Shown here in pieces: positions 19,160 through 28,005 of a DNA stretch of 64,000 nt; the stretch's first letter is position 1; each line of letters opens with the position of its first letter. The DNA comes from Candidatus Latescibacterota bacterium (GTDB taxonomy: Bacteria > Latescibacterota > UBA2968 > UBA8231), in assembly GCA_965204725.1 (NCBI GenBank), contig OZ242005.1, positions 3,488,001 to 3,552,000 on the forward strand. Reading direction: 5' to 3'. The notes below the pieces were generated by a model. The model saw nothing but the letters and a program-made list of their open reading frames with translations, was not told the DNA's origin and did no database searches. The position numbers and the translations under genes are program-made.

Positions 19160-19289
19160 TCTTGAAGGATGTAGGATTGCTGTATGAATAAGAAGGCAGC
19201 GCGGACTGGGCTGTCGTAGGAGTAGCGTTTTGTCGAGGAGATCGTCGTCAGCGACGTAGCGGAATTACCCTTTTAGCTTAGGCGCGGGC

Positions 19290-19520
19290 TTACGAGGGCC
19301 AGAACCGCAAAACGATATTGAGTAACGCTAAACCCGAAGTCATCACTACAACCAGAATTTTGACGCTACCTTTGAGTTCGGCCATCTCGGCCTGCAATCG
19401 CGCCATATCATCCTTTAAGACCGCTCTCAACTCAGCAAGATCAGCTTTGGAAGCGAGATGATCGTACACGCCTTCCAGCCGGGCTAAACGCTCTTCAATC
19501 GTCGGGGGTACGGTAGCCAT
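19290..19520 (-). CDS. Small membrane-anchored coiled-coil protein (DUF1640/CCDC90-like), copy 1, 76 aa
   Basis: MATVPPTIEERLARLEGVYDHLASKADLAEL...KILVVVMTSGLALLNIVLRFWPS; near-identical to two neighbours. Confidence 0.75.
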   Translation of the reverse strand: MATVPPTIEERLARLEGVYDHLASKADLAELRAVLKDDMARLQAEMAELKGSVKILVVVMTSGLALLNIVLRFWPS

Positions 19521-19562
19521 AGCGGTGCGCTCTTTTCGTTTGGAGTTTGGGGTGTACTTATG

Positions 19563-19592
19563 AACATATAGGACGAGGTTGAGCCGCGTCAA
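19563..19592 (-). promoter_or_regulatory. Putative sigma70 promoter TTGACG-N18-TATGTT
   Basis: Both boxes are conserved in the duplicate at 20471-20500 while spacer bases differ. Confidence 0.55.
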
Positions 19593-19713
19593 CGAAAAAT
19601 CGACTTCTTGCTCGCGGTCTAAAAGTGCCTTAACCTAACGCGGTCAACCGTTCAACTTATTTTGAGCCCATCGCCCCGACCCTGACGCTAAACCCGCGTC
19701 CGTCCTCTACACC

Positions 19714-19752
19714 AACAAGCCCCGCCGAGACCATATCCCGGCGGGGCTTGTT
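19714..19752. terminator. Duplicated GC-rich hairpin, probable terminator
   Basis: aacaagccccgccg...cggcggggcttgtt; same core at 20676-20712. Confidence 0.6.
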
Positions 19753-19801
19753 GTCTTTTAGCTCGCCCTCCTTGAATTACCTTTTTAGCTGAAACATGGG
19801 C

Positions 19802-20044
19802 TTACGAGGGCCAGAACCGCAAAACGATATTGAGTAACGCTAAACCCGAAGTCATCACTACCAGCAGAACTTTGACGCTACCCTTGAGTTCGGCAAGATC
19901 GGCTTTAAGGTCGCTCTCAACCCGCGCAATATCATCCTTTAAGACTGCTCTCAACTCAGCAAGGTCGGCTTTGGAAGCAAGATGATCATACACGCCTTCC
20001 AGCCGGGCTAAACGCTCTTCAATCGTCGGGGGCACGGTAGCCAT
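19802..20044 (-). CDS. Small membrane-anchored coiled-coil protein, copy 2, 80 aa
   Basis: Same N- and C-termini, stalk KDDIARVESDLKADL; AAGGAG RBS. Confidence 0.75.
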   Translation of the reverse strand: MATVPPTIEERLARLEGVYDHLASKADLAELRAVLKDDIARVESDLKADLAELKGSVKVLLVVMTSGLALLNIVLRFWPS

Positions 20045-20099
20045 AATCGGTGCGCTCCTTTCATTGGGGTTTGATTGCCTTTTTAGCTTAGGCACGGGC

Positions 20100-20417
20100 T
20101 TACGAGGGCCAAAACCGCAAAACGATATTGAGTAACGCTAAACCGGAAATCATCACTACAACCAGAATTTTGACGCTCCCCTTGAGTTCGGCCATCTCGG
20201 CCTGCAATCGCGCAATATCCTCCTTGAGACTGCTCTCAACCCGCGCAATCTCGGCCTGTAATCGCGCCATATCCTCCTTGAGATCGCTCTCAACCCGCGC
20301 AATATCATCCTTTAAGACCGCTCTCAACTCAGCAAGATCGGCTTTGGAAGCAAGATGATCATACACGCCTTCCAGCCGGGCTAAACGCTCTTCAATCGTC
20401 GGGGGTACGGTAGCCAT
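20100..20417 (-). CDS. Small membrane-anchored coiled-coil protein, copy 3, 105 aa
   Basis: Same termini with extra IARVES.LKED/ARLQAE units; AAGGAG RBS. Confidence 0.78.
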   Translation of the reverse strand: MATVPPTIEERLARLEGVYDHLASKADLAELRAVLKDDIARVESDLKEDMARLQAEIARVESSLKEDIARLQAEMAELKGSVKILVVVMISGLALLNIVLRFWPS

Positions 20418-20470
20418 AGCGTTGCGCTCCTTTCGTGGGGGTTTGGGGTGTATAGGGTGGGGTTACTATG

Positions 20471-20500
20471 AACATACAGGACGAGGTTGAGCAACGTCAA
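20471..20500 (-). promoter_or_regulatory. Putative sigma70 promoter TTGACG-N18-TATGTT
   Basis: Duplicate of 19563-19592, upstream of copy 3. Confidence 0.55.
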
Positions 20501-20675
20501 TGAAAAATCGACTTTTTGCTCGCGGTCTAAAATCGCCTTAACCCAACGCGGTCAACCGTTCAACTCGTGAGTACGGCGACCGCACAGATGAAGTTGGCGG
20601 TCGGCTGCGTCGCCCGTAACATTTCGCGCCCATCGCCCCGGCCCTGACGCTAGCCCGCGTCCATCCCCTACACCC

Positions 20676-20712
20676 ACAAGCCCCGCCGAGACCATATCCC
20701 GGCGGGGCTTGT
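20676..20712. terminator. Hairpin downstream of the SelA-like gene
   Basis: acaagccccgccg...cggcggggcttgt about 30 nt after the stop at 20743. Confidence 0.6.
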
Positions 20713-20742
20713 TGCCTTTTAACGCACACTCACCGCACCGTT

Positions 20743-21942
20743 TCAGCCGAGCAACTCCCTCAGCCGACGCCCAATCTGCGCCGGCTCGCCCTCCTTGAGG
20801 CACATCGGCCCAAAAATCACAACCCCCTCGTACACATCTGTGGGGTTGGCGGCAATCTGCGGCTGGCCTTCCTGTAACGCCTTGACCAGTTCCAGCGCCG
20901 TCATGCCCGCGGCCTCCTCGTCGAGCACCAACCGTGCAGTCGGAATCTCGGTGCGCTTGCGGTCCGCTACCACCGCAATCTCAGCGTGTCGCAGCGCACC
21001 ACACGCAGCGACCAACTCCGCCATCAGCGCATACCAGCGCTGCCGCCGCGCCGCCGGGTCTTCGGCCACAAAAAGACGCAGCGCCTTCACCAACCCGGCG
21101 ATCTCCTCCTTGCCGACCTTGCAGGGCCGCCCAATGCCATGCTGCGGAGCACCGGGTAACTGCGACTTGTCGATCAAGCTCGCCGGCGGGTCCCACAGCT
21201 CGGGCATCACGTCGAGGTCTTGGTGTTGCAGCGCGGCCGCAGCGATCAAATCGCGCCGGCCGCACAAAATCCCCGAAGCCTGCGGCCCGCCGATGGCCTT
21301 GCCACCGCTAAAGGCAACCAGATCGGCCCCAGCGGCAATAAAGCACTGCAAGTTGCTCGCCGGCGGCAACTGCCCGGCCGCATCCACAATCACCGGCACC
21401 CCTCCCTTGCGCGCCGCGGCCACCACTACCTCCAGCGACGGCTGCGTGTGCGCGTACGCCACGTACACTATGGCCGCCGTCCGCTCGCTAATCGCCGCCT
21501 CAATCTCCCAGCCTTCCGCATCGCGCACACCCGCCCCGGAAAAGCGGTCGGCGATCCCCACCTCCACCAACTCAATCCCCACCGAGCGCACCGCGTGGTC
21601 GTAGAAGTTCCGATGGCTGCGCGCCATGATCACTTCGCTCTTCATCCCAGCCGTATCCGGCAAGCGGTTCATCTTCCCCGGGTCCAATCCGGTCACACAA
21701 GCGGCCGTTCCCAGCAACAAGCCCGCCGCGGCCCCACTCGTCACATACCCGGCCTCCGCGCCCGTGATCTCGGCGATCACTTCCCCGGCCCGCGCCTGCA
21801 TTTGCGCTATATCCACGCAGCACTCCGAAGCCTGCCGCATGGCCTCGGCCACCTCCGGGTGCATAACGGACCCACTCAACCGCGTGGCCGGCCCTACGGC
21901 GTTGATAATCGGCTCGACGCCTAGCTCTTGATATATATTCAT
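20743..21942 (-). CDS. SelA-like PLP enzyme (DgaE / glucosaminate-6-P ammonia-lyase-like family)
   Basis: IYQELGV.PIINA.G..T.L.GS, VDAA, FSGGKAIGGPQASG (PLP Lys), GR..KVGKEEI. Confidence 0.85.
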   Translation of the reverse strand: MNIYQELGVEPIINAVGPATRLSGSVMHPEVAEAMRQASECCVDIAQMQARAGEVIAEITGAEAGYVTSGAAAGLLLGTAACVTGLDPGKMNRLPDTAGMKSEVIMARSHRNFYDHAVRSVGIELVEVGIADRFSGAGVRDAEGWEIEAAISERTAAIVYVAYAHTQPSLEVVVAAARKGGVPVIVDAAGQLPPASNLQCFIAAGADLVAFSGGKAIGGPQASGILCGRRDLIAAAALQHQDLDVMPELWDPPASLIDKSQLPGAPQHGIGRPCKVGKEEIAGLVKALRLFVAEDPAARRQRWYALMAELVAACGALRHAEIAVVADRKRTEIPTARLVLDEEAAGMTALELVKALQEGQPQIAANPTDVYEGVVIFGPMCLKEGEPAQIGRRLRELLG

Positions 21943-21956
21943 TATTACTTTTAGAC

Positions 21957-23276
21957 CTAAAGCGGCCTTCCCCCGCCGTCGTAGAGTAAGCCGGGGGCCG
22001 GGAAGCGAGCGCAGAGTGCCCGCACCTCAGCCGCCACCTCGGCGTACTCCGCTTTGCGGTCGTCGAGTTCGAGTGCTCTATTGGCTCGGACCTCGGCGAC
22101 CCGCTCCATCCACTCTGCTAACTGCTCCATCTCCGCCGTGCCAAAGCCCCGGCTGGTAATCGCCGGCGTGCCGATGCGGATGCCGCTGGGCTTGCGCGCC
22201 GGCCGCGGATCAAAGGGTACGCGATTGAAATTGCAGACGATGCCCGATGCGTCTAGGGCCTTGGCCATGGCATAACCAGTAACGCCCTTATCAGTCATGT
22301 CCATGAGGATCAGGTGATTGTCAGTGCCGCCCGAGCTGAGGGCAAAACCCCGCGCCGACAACGCGGCGGCCAAGGTCTGGGCATTGGCGACGATCTGTTG
22401 GGCATACCGCTTAAACTCCGCGCTCATCGCCTCCTTGAGCGCCACGGCAATCGCCGCCGTGGTGTTGTTGTGCGGCCCGCCCTGCAAGCCCGGAAACACC
22501 GCTTTATCGAGGGCTTCAGCGTACTGCGCCCGGCATAAGATCATGCCGCCGCGCGGCCCCCGCAGCGACTTGTGAGTCGTCGTAGTTACCACATCCACGT
22601 GCGGCACGGGGCTGGGATGCACTCCGGCGGCCACCAATCCAGCAATATGCGCGATGTCGGCGACCACGATGGCCCCCACCGAATGCCCGATCTCGGCAAA
22701 ACGCGCAAAGTCGATGATGCGCGGATAGGCCGTGCCCCCGCAGAAGATCAGCTTGGGCCGATGCGCTTTGGCCAGTGCTTCGACTTGGTCGAAGTCAATT
22801 TGGCCGGTGTCCCGGCACACTCCGTATTGCACGGACTTGTAGTGCATCCCCGAGATACTAACGCGGTCGCCGTGCGTCAGATGACCTCCGTGCGCCAGCG
22901 CCAAGCCCATGACCGCATCGCCCGGCTGGCAGAGGCCGACGTACACGGCCTGATTGGCCGGCGAGCCCGAATAGGGCTGCACATTGACGTGCTCAGCACC
23001 AAAAACCTCCTTGGCGCGCTCGATGCAAAGCCGCTCGATCTTGTCAATTTCTCGCTGGCCCTCGTAGTAGCGCGCACCGGCGTACCCTTCGGAATACTTA
23101 TTCGTCAGGATTGAACCGCTGGCTTCGAGTACCGCTTGACTGGCGTAATTTTCAGATGGGATTAGGCGAATTTTGTTGTGCTGACGCCTGTTTTCAGCGC
23201 GAATGATGGCCTCGACTTCCGGGTCTGCCGTCGCCAGCGTCCCTGCGATTTCGGGCTGCACCGCCAATGCCTCCAT
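21957..23276 (-). CDS. glyA: Serine hydroxymethyltransferase
   Basis: LIPSEN, NKYSEGY.G.RYY, NVQP.SGS.AN, GGHLTHG, TTTTHKSLRGPRGG, FPGLQGGP, SGIRIGT. Confidence 0.97.
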   Translation of the reverse strand: MEALAVQPEIAGTLATADPEVEAIIRAENRRQHNKIRLIPSENYASQAVLEASGSILTNKYSEGYAGARYYEGQREIDKIERLCIERAKEVFGAEHVNVQPYSGSPANQAVYVGLCQPGDAVMGLALAHGGHLTHGDRVSISGMHYKSVQYGVCRDTGQIDFDQVEALAKAHRPKLIFCGGTAYPRIIDFARFAEIGHSVGAIVVADIAHIAGLVAAGVHPSPVPHVDVVTTTTHKSLRGPRGGMILCRAQYAEALDKAVFPGLQGGPHNNTTAAIAVALKEAMSAEFKRYAQQIVANAQTLAAALSARGFALSSGGTDNHLILMDMTDKGVTGYAMAKALDASGIVCNFNRVPFDPRPARKPSGIRIGTPAITSRGFGTAEMEQLAEWMERVAEVRANRALELDDRKAEYAEVAAEVRALCARFPAPGLLYDGGGRPL

Positions 23277-23349
23277 TGGTTTTGTTCTCCCCAGCGCGTT
23301 TGTTAATTTGGGTGTGATTAGCGCACAAAAACTACGTTGGGGGATTTCT

Positions 23350-24918
23350 ATGAGCAAGTATTTGGGCATCGACGCGAGCACCCAGTCCATCACCGGCCTG
23401 CTCATCAATCCAGAGCAGCGCACCATCGTCGCCGAAGCGTCCATCAACTTCGACGAGCACTTCAAAGCCACCTATGGGGTCGTCAACGGCGTCCTCGACT
23501 TTGGCGCGGGCGTGGTCCACAGCGCACCCCTGATGTGGGCCGAAGCACTGGACCTGCTCCTGCAAACGCTTGCCGACCAAGGCCACGATCTCAGCACCGT
23601 GCGGGCTATTGCCGGCAGCGGCCAACAGCACGGCACCGTCTATCTCAACGCCCACGCCGGCCCAGCCTTAGCGCGTCTGTCGCCCATCCAGCCGCTCAAA
23701 AACCAACTCGCCGCCATCTTCGCCCGCCCGACAGCCCCTATATGGATGGACACTTCCACGGCCTCGCAATGCGCTGAGATCGAAGCGGGCGTCGGCGGGC
23801 GCGACGCACTCCTCGCGCTCACGGGCAACGCGGCCTTTGAGCGCTTCAGCGGCCCGCAGATTCGCAAGTTTTACCAGACCGAACCCGCTGCGTACGCCGC
23901 CACCACTTACATCGGCTTGGTCAGCTCCTACGTCGCCAGCCTGCTCGCCGGTCGGCTCGTCGGCGTTGACCCGGGCGACGGCAGCGGCACCAACCTGATG
24001 GACATTGCCGCCCGCCAGTGGAGCGCGCCCGCGCTCAACGCAACCGCTCCCGGCCTAGCCGCTAAACTCCGGCCGATCGCGCCCTCTGGCCAGCCCGTCG
24101 GCGTCATCAGTCCTTATTACGTGGGTCGCTACGGCTTTGCGGACGATTGCCTCGTGTTGCCCTTTTCCGGCGACAATCCGTGCAGCCTCATCGGCCTCGG
24201 CCTCGTCGCTCCCGGGCAAGTCGCCCTGAGTTTGGGCACTTCGGACACCCTATTCGCCTGCATGGACCAGCCGCGCACTTCCGCAGCCGGCGAGGGCGCG
24301 GTCTTTGCCTCGCCCGACGGCGTCCACTACATGGCCCTGACTTGCTATCTCAACGGCAGCTTGGCCCGCGAGGCCGTGCGCGACCAATACGGCCTGAACT
24401 GGGATCAGTTCACCAGCGCCCTCCGCGCCACGCCGCCGGGCAACAACGGCGCGCTCATGCTTCCGTACTTCGCGCCGGAAATCGTCCCCAAAGTCCCCCA
24501 AGCCAACGTCGTCCGCCACAACCTCAACCCCGCCGACGCACCGGCCAATGTCCGCGCCGTCATCGAAGCCCAAGCCCTTTCCTCGCGCATCCACGCCCGT
24601 TGGATGGGGGTAGAAATCTCCTCGCTCTACGTCACCGGCGGCGCGTCGGCCAACGCCGAAATTCTGCGCGTCTTCGCCAACGTCCACAACTGCCCGGTCC
24701 ACCGCTTCGAGACGACCAATTCGGCGGCACTAGGCGCGGCCTTGCGCGCCGCTCACGCCCACCAATCCGCCGCCGACCACGCGCCTTCGTGGGCGGAAGT
24801 CGTCGAGCCATTCGCTCAACCGGTCGCCGGATCAACCATCGCGCCGGAGCCGAGGGCCGTAGCCGCGTACGACGAACTCATCGACGAGTACGCCTCCCTA
24901 GAGCAAGCGCACACGTAG
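23350..24918 (+). CDS. xylB: D-xylulose kinase (FGGY family, eukaryote-like subtype)
   Basis: LGIDASTQS, GSGQQHG.VY, PIWMD.ST, ERFSGPQIRK, GDNP.SL, SLGTSDT, NGSLARE, TGGAS.N. Confidence 0.85.
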   Translation: MSKYLGIDASTQSITGLLINPEQRTIVAEASINFDEHFKATYGVVNGVLDFGAGVVHSAPLMWAEALDLLLQTLADQGHDLSTVRAIAGSGQQHGTVYLNAHAGPALARLSPIQPLKNQLAAIFARPTAPIWMDTSTASQCAEIEAGVGGRDALLALTGNAAFERFSGPQIRKFYQTEPAAYAATTYIGLVSSYVASLLAGRLVGVDPGDGSGTNLMDIAARQWSAPALNATAPGLAAKLRPIAPSGQPVGVISPYYVGRYGFADDCLVLPFSGDNPCSLIGLGLVAPGQVALSLGTSDTLFACMDQPRTSAAGEGAVFASPDGVHYMALTCYLNGSLAREAVRDQYGLNWDQFTSALRATPPGNNGALMLPYFAPEIVPKVPQANVVRHNLNPADAPANVRAVIEAQALSSRIHARWMGVEISSLYVTGGASANAEILRVFANVHNCPVHRFETTNSAALGAALRAAHAHQSAADHAPSWAEVVEPFAQPVAGSTIAPEPRAVAAYDELIDEYASLEQAHT

Positions 24919-25010
24919 GGCGTATCGAGTTCTGTGCGTAGGTCCGTCGGCGTCTGAAAACCGAACGAGTTTGCATCAACACATGCTATATGTTTGGTAG
25001 CTCGACGTAG

Positions 25011-25049
25011 AAGAGGGCCGCTTGACACAGGGCCTCTTTTTAATTTTTA
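25011..25049 (+). terminator. Probable terminator after xylB; the loop contains TTGACA
   Basis: aagagggcc...gggcctctt imperfect stem followed by a T-rich tract. Confidence 0.45.
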
Positions 25050-25108
25050 TGCCTTTTTTTCGCAAACCCTACATGAGACGGATCTTCACAAGGTTGTAAT
25101 GCTGCTTT

Positions 25109-26818
25109 ATGAGCATTGGATTGGCTGCGACAAAAGAAGGGCTGGTTTGCTGCTGGGCTGCGACGGCACTTGTCGGGCTAATAGCTGTCGATTCGTGGGC
25201 GGTGAATTCAGCCGTGCTGGCCAGAGTCGGGAGCGAGGTCATTCTGGTAGATGACTTGCTTCGCGCCGAGCGCAATATGCGTCGTTTTGCAGCGGGTAAT
25301 GCGCGGGAAATGCTACAGCCTTTTATCGATCGCAAGCTGCTGGTCTTAGAGGCTAGGGCGAAGGGTTTGGATCAGCACCCCGACGTAGTCGCAAGCGTAC
25401 AACAGGTGCGTGACCGGAGACTAGTCGAGCGTTTGTACGGGGAAGTCACGGGGGATGTCTCTATATCGGAAGAGGAGCTTTGGTCGTATTTCCACCAGAG
25501 CGGCTCGCACAAAAAGCGGGAGATGCGGGCGAGTCACATTCAGGTAGGCAGCCTCGAAGAAGCCCGGGCCGTGCAAGAGCAACTGCGGCAAGGGGCCGAT
25601 TTTGCAGTACTGGCGCGTCAGCAGTCCCTCGATCGCTCATCGGCGGCCGAAGGGGGAGATATGGGTTTCTGGCAGGAGGAAGAAGCACAGCACAGCGGGT
25701 TTGTCGCCGAGCTTTTTCGCTTACAGGTCGGCCAAGTGTCCGAACCGTACCTTAATCCGCAGGGAACCTACCACCTGATCAGGGCCGATGAAGAGCGCTC
25801 CGTCGGTTTTGAGCGTCAAAAGAGGACGTTGCGCCAAACGCTGGAAAAGCAGCAAAAAAAAGACCGCTGGGCCAACTACTTAGCCGACCAGAAAACGCAC
25901 TTTGGTTTTTCAGTCGATGCACCGGTATTGGGCGTATTGCTGCAGCGGGGGCGATTGGCTGAAGGCGGTGTGCCTGTGCTAGAAGCAGGCGACCACGCAC
26001 GCATCCTGCTGCGCTATCGCGGAGGGCACCTCGACCTGAACGCGTACATGGCTTTGGTAGAGGAAGCCGAACCCAAGCGTCGTCCCCACGCCATAGACAG
26101 CACCGCCGTGGTCGAATTTGCCCAAGACGAAGTGCTGCGCAAAATCCTGCTGCCTCTGTTGGCCCAGCAACGGGGATTGGACCGCGAGCGGGCTATGGTT
26201 CAGTACGTGCGGGATAAGCGCGAAGAAGCCATGGCCGAGATGCTGCGGCGCACGGAAGTAGAATCGCGCTTCGTCACCGAGGACCAGCGGCGCACTCTAT
26301 ACGAGGATCTAGCAGAAGAATTCACGCTGCCGATGCACACATTTTTTGCTGGAGCACTAGTCGATTCGGAAGCGGCTTCGCGCACCATTGCCCGGCGCGT
26401 ACGCGCCAGTGAGGATATGGCCGAGGTCATGCGCGAGTATCCGGCATTCAACGGGCGCGTACGTCAGTTCGACATATTCAACTTCGCGCTTGCTGACACA
26501 GCAACCGCCCAAGGTGCTATGGCTACCATGATCCAAGCCGTGCGGGGCATGCCGGTTGGCGGCATCAAGGGGCCGCTCCCTATTCAGTTGAGCGGCGATA
26601 CGACGGGCTACCTCGTCCTCGAAGTGCTGGCGATGCGCCCGGAAAAGGTCCTCTCTTTTTCGGCCCCCAAGGTGCAGTCTAGAATATGGCGTCAATTGCG
26701 CTACGCCCACCGGCATGCGATTGAAGAAAACTTTGATCGCTATCTAGATGAGTTGAGGCATAAGTACAGGGCTGAGGTCGTTATCGACGAACAGGCCCTG
26801 TCTAACTTGGAGAAGTAG
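25109..26818 (+). CDS. Parvulin (PpiC-type) peptidyl-prolyl isomerase, SurA/PrsA-like foldase
   Basis: RASHI.V, GADFA.LAR..S.D..SA.EGGDMG, G.VSEP, YHLI; repeated helical chaperone segments. Confidence 0.85.
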   Translation: MSIGLAATKEGLVCCWAATALVGLIAVDSWAVNSAVLARVGSEVILVDDLLRAERNMRRFAAGNAREMLQPFIDRKLLVLEARAKGLDQHPDVVASVQQVRDRRLVERLYGEVTGDVSISEEELWSYFHQSGSHKKREMRASHIQVGSLEEARAVQEQLRQGADFAVLARQQSLDRSSAAEGGDMGFWQEEEAQHSGFVAELFRLQVGQVSEPYLNPQGTYHLIRADEERSVGFERQKRTLRQTLEKQQKKDRWANYLADQKTHFGFSVDAPVLGVLLQRGRLAEGGVPVLEAGDHARILLRYRGGHLDLNAYMALVEEAEPKRRPHAIDSTAVVEFAQDEVLRKILLPLLAQQRGLDRERAMVQYVRDKREEAMAEMLRRTEVESRFVTEDQRRTLYEDLAEEFTLPMHTFFAGALVDSEAASRTIARRVRASEDMAEVMREYPAFNGRVRQFDIFNFALADTATAQGAMATMIQAVRGMPVGGIKGPLPIQLSGDTTGYLVLEVLAMRPEKVLSFSAPKVQSRIWRQLRYAHRHAIEENFDRYLDELRHKYRAEVVIDEQALSNLEK

Positions 26819-26872
26819 CGGCTCTGCGTTTCCACGCACGGACGAGCCATATTTCCCTACTCTAAAATGCGG

Positions 26873-26882
26873 AAGGAGGTGA
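26873..26882 (+). promoter_or_regulatory. Extended Shine-Dalgarno-like element AAGGAGGTGA in the 5' leader
   Basis: About 90 nt upstream of the likely start (AAGGAG...ATG 26973) and directly abutting ATG 26883. Confidence 0.35.
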
Positions 26883-26972
26883 ATGAGTACAGCATTTGCA
26901 ACGGCAAGAAGTAGAGAAGAGCAACATCTCTATTCTCTCACAATCTCTACCCTATCAGCTAAGGAGCAAAAG

Positions 26973-27899
26973 ATGCACAAGAACACACTCGTAGCAGCCA
27001 TGTTATCCGTGGCACTAGCGAGCTTCGCTTGGGGGCAGTCCAATGCCAACCTCATTGGCTACTTCGCCTTAGAGGTGCCTGCTGATGTCACCATCGCCAT
27101 TGATGGCGACGACAGCGACTGGGCGTGGTTCGACGACAATTTCACCGTTGGTCCCGACGAGATGTACGAAATCCAGAAGGCCGAAGTACTGGACAAGAGC
27201 GACCTCGACGTGGCCATCATGACGGCGTGGACGGGCACGGACCGCGACAACAAGCTCTACGGATTTGTCCGCGCCACCGACGACACCCTAGTCGTCACCT
27301 CGGATGTCTTTGACGATGGCTGGCGCGACGACGATCTCGAGATCATCACCGATGCCAATGCCAGCGGCGGTCCGCACGACGGCGATGGCGAGGCGGGGAC
27401 GCGCGCCGAAGGGCAGCAGTTTACCATGCACTTGCCGGTCCCTGGGATCTATGAAACGCCCTATGGCGGCGACGGCTCGTGGTGGTTGCGCTGGCAGGTA
27501 GTCGAGGAAATCCACTGGATGGACGAATTCGCCGAATCCAGAGTGACGACCAATCCTCCGGGAGCGACCACGGGTTCGACCAACGTCACGGTCAACTACG
27601 AGTACAGCATTCCCCTCTGGGATTACGCGTCGTTGGACGGTCCAGATAACAGCATCCGCCACGAAAACGAGGCTGGGCAGATCATTCGCCTGACCTATCA
27701 GTTGAACGAAGCGGATAATCCCGAAGACCGCCGCACGCATCAGTTGGCAACCGCCGGCGAGGATGGCGCTTCGGGTAACTGCGATGTTTGCTCGGAATAC
27801 ACGCTGCTTGGCGCAGACGAGTACGATCGCGCCGACGGCGGGGGCACCTCAGTAGAATCCGAGAGCTGGGCAAAAATCAAAGCGACCTTCAGCGACTAA
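26973..27899 (+). CDS. Secreted acidic protein (CBM9/DOMON-like) with C-terminal TSVESESWAKIK motif
   Basis: Signal peptide AWG-Q, IDGD.SDW motif, LY.FV...DD, D.LEI..D, YE.SIP; Asp/Glu-rich. Confidence 0.75.
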   Translation: MHKNTLVAAMLSVALASFAWGQSNANLIGYFALEVPADVTIAIDGDDSDWAWFDDNFTVGPDEMYEIQKAEVLDKSDLDVAIMTAWTGTDRDNKLYGFVRATDDTLVVTSDVFDDGWRDDDLEIITDANASGGPHDGDGEAGTRAEGQQFTMHLPVPGIYETPYGGDGSWWLRWQVVEEIHWMDEFAESRVTTNPPGATTGSTNVTVNYEYSIPLWDYASLDGPDNSIRHENEAGQIIRLTYQLNEADNPEDRRTHQLATAGEDGASGNCDVCSEYTLLGADEYDRADGGGTSVESESWAKIKATFSD

Positions 27900-27923
27900 C
27901 CGAACGGTCCTTTGACCACAGAC

Positions 27924-27955
27924 TGGGCGGCGGCAGATACCGCTGCCGCCGCCCA
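27924..27955. terminator. Perfect 13-bp hairpin after the secreted-protein gene
   Basis: tgggcggcggcag-ataccg-ctgccgccgccca; no T tail on the + strand. Confidence 0.55.
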
Positions 27956-28005
27956 ATAACCACCAGTGCAATATGCACTTTGTCACCCTTCCCGAGAGTA
28001 ACGCG

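Noticed and set aside
19160-19260. GIY-YIG remnant after the REP palindrome (MNKKAA...)
   Set aside because: Only an 11-codon ORF with no catalytic motif; too weak to call
19262-20742. Repeats as a CRISPR array or IS elements
   Set aside because: Units are long gene duplications without unique spacers, terminal inverted repeats, cas genes or a transposase
20743-21942. True selenocysteine synthase selA
   Set aside because: Short SelA-like form with DgaE-type motifs; no selB, selC or selD nearby
23277-23349. Riboswitch (glycine or ZTP) upstream of glyA
   Set aside because: Only 73 nt shared by divergent genes and no recognisable aptamer
21957-24918. Overlapping divergent N-terminal extensions of glyA and xylB in the ORF track (similarly copA, the kinase and the FadL-like gene)
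   Set aside because: Artefacts of longest-ORF calling; family motifs support downstream starts that remove the overlaps
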